Below are positions 1 to 9,729 of a stretch of 64,000 nucleotides of DNA, in pieces. This DNA is from Opitutales bacterium. Its GTDB lineage: Bacteria; Verrucomicrobiota; Verrucomicrobiia; Opitutales; UBA953. A program made the position numbers and the translations under genes. The notes below the pieces were generated by a model. The model saw only the letters and a list, made by a program, of their open reading frames with translations, made no database searches and was not told the origin of the DNA. The stretch spans positions 96,001-160,000 of the forward strand of contig JBBAUX010000002.1 in NCBI GenBank assembly GCA_040398005.1, read 5' to 3'. Every line of letters begins with the position of its first letter. The first letter of the stretch is position 1.

Positions 1-1
1 T

Positions 2-772
2 TGGTTAAATAAAAACGCCGAAGAAGCTTTAGGACCTGATTACACGAAGGGCTTTGCTCAATCGGCCGACATTATTGAACAGGCGCGTACGGCCCTATTA
101 ACTTGGGCGAAGGATCTAGGCTGCGTAAAAAACTCTGACGGAGTTTTGGATGTGACTGCTCTGAAAAATCGACCGGTGGCATTGGCTTATGTCGTGATTC
201 ATGAATTTCTCCAGGAGTGTGGATTGGGTGCCGTGCAAGGCGCCACCTTAGAACTTTTAGTAAGACATTTATGCGCGGGCACCGATGTGCAGATGTCGGT
301 GCTTTCAAAATTAGTTAAAATTAAAAACGGAAAATGTTTTTTAACGCCGGAAGCCTTGGCTCCCCTGGGAACGCAATTGCGAAGTCTGACCTTAGGCGTG
401 CTCGATGGCGAAACCGGTTTGTTGGCAGAAGTCGTGACTGTTGACGAAAACCTCTGGGCAAAATTGTCACGGGGAGACATTCCGCCCACCAAAGAAGTCT
501 ACTTGTCATCCGCGGCGGTCGGTCTCATTTTCTGGAGGGGGAGAATGGAAGGGGACCGCTATCAGCCTCTTGGCTCGAGTGGCACGGCCAAGGTCTCCGA
601 TCTTTTAATTAACCGAAAAGTACCGTCAGAGTTGCGCGAAAACCTTCCCGTTGTTCTTTTAAATCAAGAAATTATCTGGGTTCCTTCTAATCCGCCTGCG
701 GAATTATACAGGTTAAGTGGACCCGTTAAAGGGGCTCTCCGATTGACTTGGCTTAACCCCTGCTTAATCTGA
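2..772 (+). CDS. tilS: tRNA(Ile)-lysidine synthetase, C-terminal part (5' end outside the window)
   Basis: Frame is open from position 2. C-terminal 'GDRYQPLG..KVSDLLINRKVP..R..LPVV..IIWV' is typical of the TilS C-domain. Lies directly upstream of ftsH, a common arrangement. Confidence 0.85.
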   Translation, partial: WLNKNAEEALGPDYTKGFAQSADIIEQARTALLTWAKDLGCVKNSDGVLDVTALKNRPVALAYVVIHEFLQECGLGAVQGATLELLVRHLCAGTDVQMSVLSKLVKIKNGKCFLTPEALAPLGTQLRSLTLGVLDGETGLLAEVVTVDENLWAKLSRGDIPPTKEVYLSSAAVGLIFWRGRMEGDRYQPLGSSGTAKVSDLLINRKVPSELRENLPVVLLNQEIIWVPSNPPAELYRLSGPVKGALRLTWLNPCLI

Positions 773-782
773 ATCTCCCCCG

Positions 783-2753
783 ATGAGCCAAGATAACAAC
801 GAGGATAACAATCGAGTTAAAGCTAAGCCTTTAATCGTATGGATCATATTAATTGGTCTAGTTGCACTGCTAGTTAACTACAGTGCACCACCCGCCAATA
901 GCGTTCAGAAGTTGAGCGTGACCGAAGTCCTCTCTCTCGCCCAAGAGAAGAAGGTGAAAAATCTTTCTATCAAATCCGACTCCACCGCTGGCTCCAACAG
1001 CTGGTATGAAGTGACCGGAGAGTTGGATGTTAAGGGTGCCTCGGCTGACGATAAGACAAAATTCCTGGCGAAGGGTCGCTTAACCGAAAAAGAATTCGAA
1101 GGTCTGCGCGGTGCGGTAGCCAAAGACGCCTTTAAAGAAGTTCCCGAACAGACGGGCTTAACGATGTTCCTTTATAACGTTCTGCCCACCTTACTGATTT
1201 CGGGCTTGGTCTTGTATATGATGTTTCGCTTTTTACGTAATGCGAACAAAGGCGCAATGCAATTTGCCAAATCCCGCGCTCGTTTAAATGCGAACGAAAA
1301 TGAAGGCACGACATTTAAAGATGTGGCCGGATGTGATGAAGCGAAAGAAGAAGTGAAAGAGATTGTCGATTTTCTCCGTGATCCCAAACGCTTCACCAAA
1401 ATGGGTGCGTCTATTCCGAAAGGAATTTTAATGGTGGGACCTCCCGGAACAGGTAAGACCCTTCTCGCTCGTGCCGTTGCCGGAGAAGCGAAAGTTCCTT
1501 TCTTAAGTATCAGCGGTTCCGACTTCGTTGAAATGTTTGTCGGCGTGGGTGCAGCTCGAGTTCGTGACACTTTTGAACAAGCCCGTAAGCTCGCTCCTTG
1601 TATTGTATTTATTGATGAAATTGATGCAGTCGGTCGTCAACGTGGCGCCGGTGTTGGTGGTGGAAATGATGAGCGCGAACAAACGCTCAACTCCTTGCTC
1701 GTGGAGATGGATGGTTTTGATGGTCAGGCTGGCGTCATTGTTATCGGTGCCACTAATCGTGCTGATGTTCTCGACCAAGCTCTCTTACGTCCGGGTCGCT
1801 TCGATCGCCAAGTCTTTGTTGATTTACCAGACTTGCGAGGCCGTGAAGCCGTTCTCGCCGTTCACGCTAAACGTTTCCAATTAGCTCCCTCGGTTGATCT
1901 AAATCGTATCGCTCGCATTACCACCGGAATGTCGGGTGCTGATTTAGCGAATTTATTAAACGAAGGTGCTCTGCATGCTGGTCGTCGTAATCGCGATAAG
2001 GTTGAGATGTCTGACATCGAAGAAGCCCGTGATAAAATTGCCTATGGTCGTGAGCGTCGTCGCGCGATGGATGAAGAAGATCGTCGCAGCACGGCGTACC
2101 ACGAAGCGGGTCACGCAATCGTGCAAGCGGTCGTTGATGATGGCATGATGCCTATTCACAAAGTAACGATTCTTCCTCGTGGTCGTGCCCTGGGTATGGC
2201 CATGTTCCTACCGAAGAAAGACATTCTCGGATATTCTAAGGCCCGTTTACTGACTTATATTTGTACGGCGATGGCTGGTCGCGTGGGAGAAAAAGTAGTC
2301 ACTGGCGATGTATCCAATGGTGCTTCCTCGGATATCAAACAAGCCACCCGCATGGCCCGTCAAATGGTCTGCGATTGGGGTATGAGCGAGCTTGGTCCTA
2401 TTTCTTATAACGAAAATTCTGATACCGTTTTCTTAGGTCGCGAAATTTCACGTACCCAATCACACAGCGATGAAACCGCTCGTCGCATCGACGATGCTGT
2501 TGCTAAAATTGTGAGCGAGCAATATGCCCGCGCCGAAAAAATCATTGCCGAGCACGCGGATGCCCATCGCAAGATTGCCGAAGCTTTACTCGAGCATGAG
2601 ACTTTAGACGGCGTTCATGTGATGGAAATTCTCCAGACGGGTTCGATGCAGACCCCGATTGTGGGATCACCTGTGCCTAACTTAGTTCGCGAGCCGAGCC
2701 CTGATGGTCCCCCACCAGAGCCAGGCTCACAAGCCACGCCGACCCCTGCTTGA
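783..2753 (+). CDS. ftsH: ATP-dependent zinc metalloprotease FtsH
   Basis: Two N-terminal TM segments, Walker A GPPGTGKT, Walker B IVFIDEID, '[10 protein letters not shown]' second region of homology, HEAGH zinc motif. Confidence 0.98.
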   Translation: MSQDNNEDNNRVKAKPLIVWIILIGLVALLVNYSAPPANSVQKLSVTEVLSLAQEKKVKNLSIKSDSTAGSNSWYEVTGELDVKGASADDKTKFLAKGRLTEKEFEGLRGAVAKDAFKEVPEQTGLTMFLYNVLPTLLISGLVLYMMFRFLRNANKGAMQFAKSRARLNANENEGTTFKDVAGCDEAKEEVKEIVDFLRDPKRFTKMGASIPKGILMVGPPGTGKTLLARAVAGEAKVPFLSISGSDFVEMFVGVGAARVRDTFEQARKLAPCIVFIDEIDAVGRQRGAGVGGGNDEREQTLNSLLVEMDGFDGQAGVIVIGATNRADVLDQALLRPGRFDRQVFVDLPDLRGREAVLAVHAKRFQLAPSVDLNRIARITTGMSGADLANLLNEGALHAGRRNRDKVEMSDIEEARDKIAYGRERRRAMDEEDRRSTAYHEAGHAIVQAVVDDGMMPIHKVTILPRGRALGMAMFLPKKDILGYSKARLLTYICTAMAGRVGEKVVTGDVSNGASSDIKQATRMARQMVCDWGMSELGPISYNENSDTVFLGREISRTQSHSDETARRIDDAVAKIVSEQYARAEKIIAEHADAHRKIAEALLEHETLDGVHVMEILQTGSMQTPIVGSPVPNLVREPSPDGPPPEPGSQATPTPA

Positions 2754-2756
2754 GGT

Positions 2757-2785
2757 TTGCCCTCGAAGGTTTTAAGGCTTAGAAC
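2757..2785 (+). promoter_or_regulatory. Putative sigma70-type promoter of coaE (TTGCCC-17-TAGAAC), probably giving a leaderless mRNA
   Basis: -35/-10-like hexamers with a 17-nt spacer; the ATG lies 6 nt after the -10 hexamer. Confidence 0.4.
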
Positions 2786-2791
2786 TCTGCT

Positions 2792-3364
2792 ATGGTCATC
2801 GGACTCACTGGCGGTATCGGTTGTGGAAAATCCACGGCCGCCGGCTTTTTTAAGTCCCATGGTTTTGTCGTGATTGATTCCGATGTCTTAGCGCACCAAG
2901 CGCTCAACGAATCCCAAACACTCGCCCAATTGAAATCGCGCTGGGGTTCGGCCTGTATTCAGAATGATGGTACAGCCGATCGAGAGTGGATTGGTAAAAA
3001 AGTATTTTTTGATCCGACGGAGAAAATCTTTTTGGAATCCATCATCCACCCGCGCATTGCCGCCCTGCGGCAAGAGGCGATGGCCGATTCATCCAAGTCT
3101 TACATTCTAGAAATCCCTCTTTTATTCGAGTTGGGCCTCACTCAGGGGTTGGTCGCTACGGTATGCGTCGCGTCTTCGGATGAAGTCCGATTGCATCGCA
3201 TGGAATCCCGGGGGTTAAGTCGAGCTGAGGCCCAGAAGCGTATAAATTCGCAAATGCCTATCAGTGAGAAGGTTAAGAAATCAAATTTCGTGATTTGGAA
3301 TGATGGCAGCTTAGACTTTCTGAAAGTCGAAGTGGATAAATGTGTGCAGATATTAAAAGGCTAA
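2792..3364 (+). CDS. coaE: Dephospho-CoA kinase
   Basis: N-terminal 'IGLTGGIGCGKST', 'IDSD.LAH', 'LESIIHP', 'EIPLLFE', 'RINSQMP'. Confidence 0.97.
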   Translation: MVIGLTGGIGCGKSTAAGFFKSHGFVVIDSDVLAHQALNESQTLAQLKSRWGSACIQNDGTADREWIGKKVFFDPTEKIFLESIIHPRIAALRQEAMADSSKSYILEIPLLFELGLTQGLVATVCVASSDEVRLHRMESRGLSRAEAQKRINSQMPISEKVKKSNFVIWNDGSLDFLKVEVDKCVQILKG

Positions 3365-3496
3365 GAATTGGCTGATTTCTGGATAGTTTGCGATTGCCGA
3401 GAGGGTGGGTAGATTTACTTTTCGATTTCCCCTATTTCTTCTTACCGAGAACTAGGTTCAATACCCCCCCCAACCCCATTTAGGAATCCCTACCCT

Positions 3497-5212
3497 GTGA
3501 CGACCGCCGACGATTTCGTCATTCAATTCATACAAGACAAGGGACTGGTGTCCTCTGCTCTAGTATCCGAGGCCCGCGAGGCGCTTGGTGCTATCCCCGA
3601 TGGCCAGAATCCCGATACCCTAGCGATCGCGAAATTAGTTGAGACCGGTAAGGTCACTTGGGCGGTTATCTGCAAAGCGCTGGGTAAGGAATTCGACATG
3701 GAAGTTGTCGACTTGGCCCAGGTTTCACCGGCGGAAGAATTACTCAAACTGATTAGTCGCGAGCAGGCTGAGCGTCATAATATTTTACCACTGCAAATGG
3801 ATGGCGTTGAGCTGCTCGTTGCGATTTCGGATCCGCTCGATACCGAAACGCTCGATTCACTTTCGCGTGTCTTAAAACTTACTTTAAATCCAAAACTCGC
3901 ACCGCCTGATGAACTGAAGGCCGCAATCAATCGCTGTTACAGTGGGGGCGCGGTGAATGTATCGTACGAGGATGTTTTTGGTAAGAGTGAAGATGGTATG
4001 TCGGTCGATCTTCCTCAAGGGGGCGAAATTAAAGAAGACGACGCTCCCATTATTCGCTATGTGAATTCCCTGATTGTGGATGCGATTCGTCGTAAGGCTT
4101 CAGATATTCACCTAGAACCTTTAGAAAAAAGATTCCGTGTTCGTTTCCGTATCGATGGTGTGCTCCAAGAAATGAAAGGCCCACCTAAGCGCTTACAAGC
4201 TTCCGTCATTTCCCGCCTTAAATTAATGGCCGAAGTGTCACTCGCGGAAAAACGTATTCCGCAAGACGGACGTATTCAGGCTCGGACGGGTGGACGCGAT
4301 ATCGACTTACGTGTATCCGTTTTACCAACCGTTTATGGCGAATCAATCGTCATGCGTATTCTCGATAAAGAAGGACTGAAATTAGGTCTTCCTGAATTGG
4401 GGTTCTTCGCGGATGACCAAGCTAAATTCCAAGGTTTAATTTCAGGTTCGGATGGTGTGTTCCTCGTGACGGGTCCAACCGGTTCTGGTAAATCGACCAC
4501 CCTTTATTCAGCGCTGAATTATATTAATAAGCCCGACCGTAAAATTATTACCGTTGAAGATCCTGTTGAGTATCAGATGGCTGGTATCAATCAGGTCCAA
4601 GTAAAACGTGATGTGGGAATGACTTTCGCCGCCGCGCTTCGTGCGATGTTACGTCAGGCACCAAACATTGTGATGATTGGTGAAATTCGAGATTTAGAAA
4701 CCGCTGAAATTTCGATTAACGCGGCGCTTACTGGTCACATGGTATTCTCAACCTTGCACACTAATGATTCCGTCAGTGCGGTGACTCGTCTCGTCGATAT
4801 CGGCGTGAAACCTTTCTTAGTTTCAGCCGCGCTACGTGGAGCTCTCGCTCAACGTCTCGTTCGTCGCGTTTGTCAGTCTTGCGCTCAACCTTATAAACCC
4901 ACGGCGAAAGAACTTTATACGATTGGTATGTCCGAACAGGATATTGCGGGTGCCACGCCGATGAAGGGTGCGGGCTGTCCAAAATGTAATGAACGCGGTT
5001 ACAAAGGCCGTCGTGGCGTCTTCGAACTTTTTGTCATCACTGAAGAAGTCCAAGAAATGATTTACGGAGGTGCCACACTCGTCGCACTCCGTCGCAAAGC
5101 GCGCGAAGCCGGCATGCGCACCATGCGTGAGGACGGCCAACGTAAGGTCGCTTCGGGTATGACCACCATCGAAGAAGTCATGGGCGCCACCGTCGCGGAC
5201 GACGTTATATAA
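3497..5212 (+). CDS. pilB: GspE/PilB-family type IV filament assembly ATPase, copy 1
   Basis: 'ASDIHLEP', 'RFRIDG', Walker [10 protein letters not shown], 'LRQAPNIVMIGEIRD', 'STLHTN', CxxC..CxxC zinc motif. GTG start. Confidence 0.93.
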   Translation: MTTADDFVIQFIQDKGLVSSALVSEAREALGAIPDGQNPDTLAIAKLVETGKVTWAVICKALGKEFDMEVVDLAQVSPAEELLKLISREQAERHNILPLQMDGVELLVAISDPLDTETLDSLSRVLKLTLNPKLAPPDELKAAINRCYSGGAVNVSYEDVFGKSEDGMSVDLPQGGEIKEDDAPIIRYVNSLIVDAIRRKASDIHLEPLEKRFRVRFRIDGVLQEMKGPPKRLQASVISRLKLMAEVSLAEKRIPQDGRIQARTGGRDIDLRVSVLPTVYGESIVMRILDKEGLKLGLPELGFFADDQAKFQGLISGSDGVFLVTGPTGSGKSTTLYSALNYINKPDRKIITVEDPVEYQMAGINQVQVKRDVGMTFAAALRAMLRQAPNIVMIGEIRDLETAEISINAALTGHMVFSTLHTNDSVSAVTRLVDIGVKPFLVSAALRGALAQRLVRRVCQSCAQPYKPTAKELYTIGMSEQDIAGATPMKGAGCPKCNERGYKGRRGVFELFVITEEVQEMIYGGATLVALRRKAREAGMRTMREDGQRKVASGMTTIEEVMGATVADDVI

Positions 5213-5221
5213 TTAATAAAA

Positions 5222-6292
5222 ATGGCCTACGATCTCAACCAACTCCTGGAAGCCATGATTGAAAATGGGGCCTCCGATCTCCATTTGCACGTGGGTCGTG
5301 CGCCTTGTTTGCGCGTGAGTGGAAGTGTGATTTCAGTCGAAGGTGCGGCCTTAACCTCTGAAGATACTAAAAATATTGTTAACTCCATTATTCCTGCGGT
5401 GCATGTCGACCGACTGAAACAAGAGGGTGGTTGCGATTTCGGTATGTCTTTCCGAGGTAAAGCGCGGTTACGCGTTAATGTCCACCGTGCCAAAGGAGAG
5501 TTGGGAATAGTTCTCCGTTTAATTCCTGCAGATATTTACACGCTCGAAGACTTACGTCTACCGCCGATTGTAAAAGACTTACTGCGCCGTCCGCGTGGTT
5601 TGATTTTAGTAACCGGCCCGACGGGTTCCGGTAAATCTACCACACTCGCCTCGATGGTGAATTGGATTAACGACAATATCGATGGACACATTGTAACTAT
5701 CGAAGACCCGATTGAATATTTCCATACACACAAAGGTTGTGTAGTTACCCAGCGCGAAGTGCATAGTGACGTTCCCTCGTTTGCCGAAGGCGTACGGGCG
5801 TCTCTGCGTCAAGATCCTGATGTCATTCTTATCGGTGAAATGCGTGACTTAGAAACCATTGAAGCCGCCATCACCGCTGCGGAAACGGGTCACCTCGTTT
5901 TTGCGACACTCCATACCACGGGTGCCGCGCGGACGGTAGACCGTATCTTAGATGCGTTTCCTGCGGGTGCGCGTGATCAGATTCGCGTGCAGCTTTCTTC
6001 CTCAATCATTGCGATCATCTCACAGTGCTTACCGCGCACCGTGGATGATAAACGTGTGGCCGCTTACGAAATCATGGTTCGCACGGATGGTATTGCCGCG
6101 AAGATTCGTGAAAATAAAACTTTCCAAATTACCTCCGACATCGAAACGGGCGGCGGTCGCGGCATGCGCACGCTTGATGCTGATTTATTAGCGCTGTTTA
6201 ATCAGGGTAAAATCAGTGAAGACGAGGTGATGACTTATTGCCAAGACAGCGAAATGGTCCGTTCGCGTCTTAACCCTAAAACCAAAATTTAA
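5222..6292 (+). CDS. pilT: Type IV pilus retraction ATPase PilT/PilU
   Basis: 'ASDLHL', [10 protein letters not shown], 'TIEDPIE', 'QREV', '[15 protein letters not shown]', '[14 protein letters not shown]'. Confidence 0.95.
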   Translation: MAYDLNQLLEAMIENGASDLHLHVGRAPCLRVSGSVISVEGAALTSEDTKNIVNSIIPAVHVDRLKQEGGCDFGMSFRGKARLRVNVHRAKGELGIVLRLIPADIYTLEDLRLPPIVKDLLRRPRGLILVTGPTGSGKSTTLASMVNWINDNIDGHIVTIEDPIEYFHTHKGCVVTQREVHSDVPSFAEGVRASLRQDPDVILIGEMRDLETIEAAITAAETGHLVFATLHTTGAARTVDRILDAFPAGARDQIRVQLSSSIIAIISQCLPRTVDDKRVAAYEIMVRTDGIAAKIRENKTFQITSDIETGGGRGMRTLDADLLALFNQGKISEDEVMTYCQDSEMVRSRLNPKTKI

Positions 6293-6306
6293 ACTTACTA
6301 TTTACC

Positions 6307-7992
6307 ATGTTTGAAGACCACAGCGATATCATGCGCGACATTGCCATCGAGGGAAAACTCCTCGATCAAACGCAAGCAGATGAAATATGGGAGTCCCACG
6401 CGACCACCGGAAAGTCTTTCGCTGACAGCTTGGTCGACGCCAACCTCGCCGATCGTCCGTCTTTACTCCAAGCAATTGCGGATCACTTAGGCGTTCAATT
6501 TTATTCAGTTATTCCGACCACCGATCAGGATGATATCTCTAAAGTTCTCAAACCAGCCCAAGCCCACAAGTACGCGGTAGTTCCCGTGGCTGATGAAGCC
6601 GGTAAATTAACCTTCGTTGCGAAAGATCCTTTCAACTCAGCCATTGTCAATGAGCTGACCTTTATCCTGAAGCGCGAAAATATTGAGTTGGCCGTCGCTG
6701 ATCCCGATATGGTCGATGCAGCGGTCATCCGTGTTTATGGTGAGCCGTCTGCTTCATCGATGGATGACTTGTTGGGTGAGTTTGACCAAATTGATACAGC
6801 TGCAGTGGCCGATGATGATGTCGCCAGTGCCGCCAGCCAGGCTCCGATTATTCGTTTCGTTGATTTAGTTCTCCAGGAAGCAGTGAAAGCCAAAGCGTCC
6901 GATATTCACTTCGAACCTTTTGAAGACCAATTCCGTATTCGTTACCGTATCGACGGCTCGCTCTACGAGATGGCTCCACCGCCTAAGAATTTAGCCAATG
7001 CGGTGACGGCTCGGGTAAAAGTTTTATCGGCACTCAATATTGCCGAGCGAAGAATCCCCCAAGATGGACGGATTAAAACTACAATTAGCGGTCGCCAAAT
7101 CGATCTTCGTGTTTCGACTCTGCCCACCCAATTTGGTGAGTCGGTCGTGTTGCGTATTCTCGATAAGACGGTCGTCAATCTGAGCCTCGATGCGCTCTCG
7201 ATGCAGGAAGATATCAAAGAGGGCATTCGCGCGATGGTGAACAAGCCTAATGGTATTTTTATTGTTACTGGTCCTACCGGCTCCGGTAAAACCACCACAC
7301 TTTATTCTGCGTTGCGTGAAGTAAATACGGAGGATGTAAAAATTCTCACGGCGGAAGATCCCGTTGAATACGAAGTCGAAGGTATCATGCAGGTTCCGAT
7401 TAATCACCAAGTCGGCTTAACTTTCGCCGCCGCGCTTCGTTCGTTCCTTCGTCAAGATCCTGATACCATCATGGTGGGAGAAATTCGCGATATCGAGACC
7501 GCACAAATTGCCGTGCAAGCATCGCTCACCGGCCACGTGGTTTTATCCACACTCCACACCAATGACGCTCCAGGTGCGGTGACTCGACTGATCGATATGG
7601 GCCTCGAGCCATTCTTAATTTCTGCATCCATCGAAGGGATTTTAGCTCAGCGATTACTGCGTCGCATTTGCAAAACCTGTCGTACCGCTTACGAGCCAGA
7701 TAAAGAAGTCATCAGCATGCTCGACGTCGACGCTCTCGAAATCGCCAACAAGAAATTCTACTTCGGTAAAGGTTGTCCTGATTGTAATCGCTCGGGTTAT
7801 AAAGGCCGCCAAGGCCTCTTTGAATTAATGACCATTTCGGACTCGATTCGCACTCTCATCACTCAGCGCGCTCCGACCTTAGTACTGAAGCAAAAGGCTA
7901 TTGAAGTCGGTATGCGTCCCTTGCGCGATGACGGCTTACGCTGTATTTTCGATGGTTTAACTACTATTGAAGAAGTTCTGAAATACACCTAA
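6307..7992 (+). CDS. pilB: GspE/PilB-family type IV filament assembly ATPase, copy 2
   Basis: 'ASDIHFEP', [10 protein letters not shown], '[15 protein letters not shown]', 'STLHTN', CxxC..CxxC. Confidence 0.93.
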   Translation: MFEDHSDIMRDIAIEGKLLDQTQADEIWESHATTGKSFADSLVDANLADRPSLLQAIADHLGVQFYSVIPTTDQDDISKVLKPAQAHKYAVVPVADEAGKLTFVAKDPFNSAIVNELTFILKRENIELAVADPDMVDAAVIRVYGEPSASSMDDLLGEFDQIDTAAVADDDVASAASQAPIIRFVDLVLQEAVKAKASDIHFEPFEDQFRIRYRIDGSLYEMAPPPKNLANAVTARVKVLSALNIAERRIPQDGRIKTTISGRQIDLRVSTLPTQFGESVVLRILDKTVVNLSLDALSMQEDIKEGIRAMVNKPNGIFIVTGPTGSGKTTTLYSALREVNTEDVKILTAEDPVEYEVEGIMQVPINHQVGLTFAAALRSFLRQDPDTIMVGEIRDIETAQIAVQASLTGHVVLSTLHTNDAPGAVTRLIDMGLEPFLISASIEGILAQRLLRRICKTCRTAYEPDKEVISMLDVDALEIANKKFYFGKGCPDCNRSGYKGRQGLFELMTISDSIRTLITQRAPTLVLKQKAIEVGMRPLRDDGLRCIFDGLTTIEEVLKYT

Positions 7993-8013
7993 TCTTTCTA
8001 CCCAACCACTCCC

Positions 8014-9255
8014 ATGCCTGAATACAAGTATAACGCTATTGATCGTAATGGTGCGCAAACCACCGGTAAGATCGAAGCCCCGAACGACGAACAAGCTCGT
8101 CAGAAATTAATGGCTCGTGGCCTCATGGTCACTTCCTTGGTTGGTGATACGGGCGCGGCGAAGCCAGTGGTTGCCGCAGCTGCTGCCCCTAAAAAATCTT
8201 TTAGTTTCGGCTCTAAAGTTTCTGCGGAAGACGTCACCACGATGACCCGTCAGTTAGCGACGCTGATTGTGGCTGGCTTACCTTTATTGCGTGCGTTAGA
8301 ATTGATTCACAAACAAGAACGCAATCCTCACTTCAAAGAAGTCTTGGGTATGATTGCGGATAGCGTTTCCCAAGGTAATAATTTATCTGAGGCGCTTGCC
8401 GCTCACCCTAAAGTTTTTGACCGTCTCTTCATTAACATGGTGAAAGCAGGGGAGGCCGGTGGCGTGCTTGATAAAGTATTAGATCGTCTAGCAAAGTTCC
8501 GTGAAAAAGCACAACGCATTCAGAAGAAAGTTAAATCAGCGATGGTTTATCCAGGCGTGGTTGTTTCTGTGGCCGTGGTCATCGTCTATATTTTGATGGT
8601 TAAAGTCGTTCCCTCGTTCCAAAAACTTTTGAGTAGTCAGAAGTTGGCTTTACCGCCTTTAACCCAGTTGGTGGTCGGTATTTCTACCGCCTTGACTGAT
8701 TACTGGTATGTGACGCCGTTCGTTATCTTCGGTATCTACTACGGCATGAAACTTTGGCTATCGTCTACGAAAGGTAAGGAACTTTTCGACCGGATTATTT
8801 TCAAGTTACCCAAAATTGGTGGCTTCGTCCAAATTGTTTCTGTTTCGCGCTTCGCTCGTACCTTCGGAACTTTGATGGCTTCAGGCGTTCCCATTCTCCA
8901 AGCTATTAATATTACACGTGATACCTTAGACAACGTCGTCATCGCTAATTCCTTAGAGCGCGTGCATGATCGCGTGCGTGATGGTGAGCCGCTTTCTGTG
9001 CCTCTCGAACAAACCGGAGTGTTCCCTCAAATGGTTACTTCGATGATTCAAGTCGGCGAAGAAACTGGTCAGCTACCTGAGATGTTAAATCGCGTGGCCG
9101 ATATTTATGACGAAGAAGTGGACAACGCGGTGACCGCACTCACTTCGATTATTGAACCAGTACTCATCGTATTCCTCGCGGTCGTGGTTGGTGCCATCGT
9201 TCTTGCGATGTTCCTGCCGCTCATTGCGCTGATCACGAAGATGACGGGTGGATAA
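8014..9255 (+). CDS. pilC: GspF/PilC inner-membrane platform protein
   Basis: 'TRQLATLIVAGLPLL', 'MVKAGEAGG.L', 'SAMVYP', 'GEETGQL', 'IEP' motifs and three TM segments. Confidence 0.95.
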   Translation: MPEYKYNAIDRNGAQTTGKIEAPNDEQARQKLMARGLMVTSLVGDTGAAKPVVAAAAAPKKSFSFGSKVSAEDVTTMTRQLATLIVAGLPLLRALELIHKQERNPHFKEVLGMIADSVSQGNNLSEALAAHPKVFDRLFINMVKAGEAGGVLDKVLDRLAKFREKAQRIQKKVKSAMVYPGVVVSVAVVIVYILMVKVVPSFQKLLSSQKLALPPLTQLVVGISTALTDYWYVTPFVIFGIYYGMKLWLSSTKGKELFDRIIFKLPKIGGFVQIVSVSRFARTFGTLMASGVPILQAINITRDTLDNVVIANSLERVHDRVRDGEPLSVPLEQTGVFPQMVTSMIQVGEETGQLPEMLNRVADIYDEEVDNAVTALTSIIEPVLIVFLAVVVGAIVLAMFLPLIALITKMTGG

Positions 9256-9277
9256 TTAGGCCCTGAATTCATTGCCC

Positions 9278-9322
9278 AAAAAAGGAGCCGGCATACGTAC
9301 CCCTACGTATGCCGGCTTTTTA
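9278..9322. terminator. Bidirectional intrinsic terminator after pilC
   Basis: Perfect 14-bp stem AGCCGGCATACGTA-cccc-TACGTATGCCGGCT (9286-9317), flanked by an A-run and a T-run. Confidence 0.85.
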
Positions 9323-9431
9323 TTACTATTTTAACTTACTTACCCCATTGCCCCGTAGGACAAATTTATAACCTAAAGACTAACGATTTTTGGGCTTTTG
9401 CAAGAAATTTCCAGAGACTCCCACCGCCTCA

Positions 9432-9456
9432 TCCTATAAGTGCTTGATTTATAGGA
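9432..9456. repeat. 8-bp inverted repeat just downstream of the tRNA 3' end
   Basis: TCCTATAA-gtgcttgat-TTATAGGA. Confidence 0.7.
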
Positions 9457-9465
9457 CTTTAAAAT

Positions 9466-9543
9466 TGGGTGCAGGGGTAGGATTTGAACCTACGACCTTC
9501 AGGTTATGAGCCTGACGAGCTAACCGGGCTGCTCCACCCTGCA
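9466..9543 (-). tRNA. tRNA-Met (CAT), initiator-like
   Basis: Reverse complement TGCAGGG-TG-GAGC-AGCCCGGTTA-GCTC-G-TCAGG-CTCATAA-CCTGA-AGGTC-GTAGG-TTCAAAT-CCTAC-CCCTGCA-C-CCA folds as a cloverleaf. A11-U24 pair and overall sequence match the fMet type. Confidence 0.95.
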
Positions 9544-9729
9544 ATAAGTGGGAGGTGCAACAGAAAGCTTAAATGGACGAGTCGCAAGCCATTTCTGCAT
9601 GGATCCTTTTAACGCAATCTCATCGATATAGATAAGGCATTTGTTACAGATTTGTGCCAACGCCTCTGGGGTGTTAATTGGGGTTGGAACTTTCGCTATG
9701 AAAATTGATGTTCATAGCTGTACCCAGTT

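Noticed and set aside
3464..3471. C8 run upstream of pilB as a phase-variation tract
   Set aside because: Short and non-coding, and C-rich leaders are general in this window; read-level length variation would be needed.
4622..7440. Identical 21-nt sequence at 4622-4642 and 7420-7440
   Set aside because: Encodes the conserved TFAAALR motif in the two PilB paralogs; not a mobile-element repeat.
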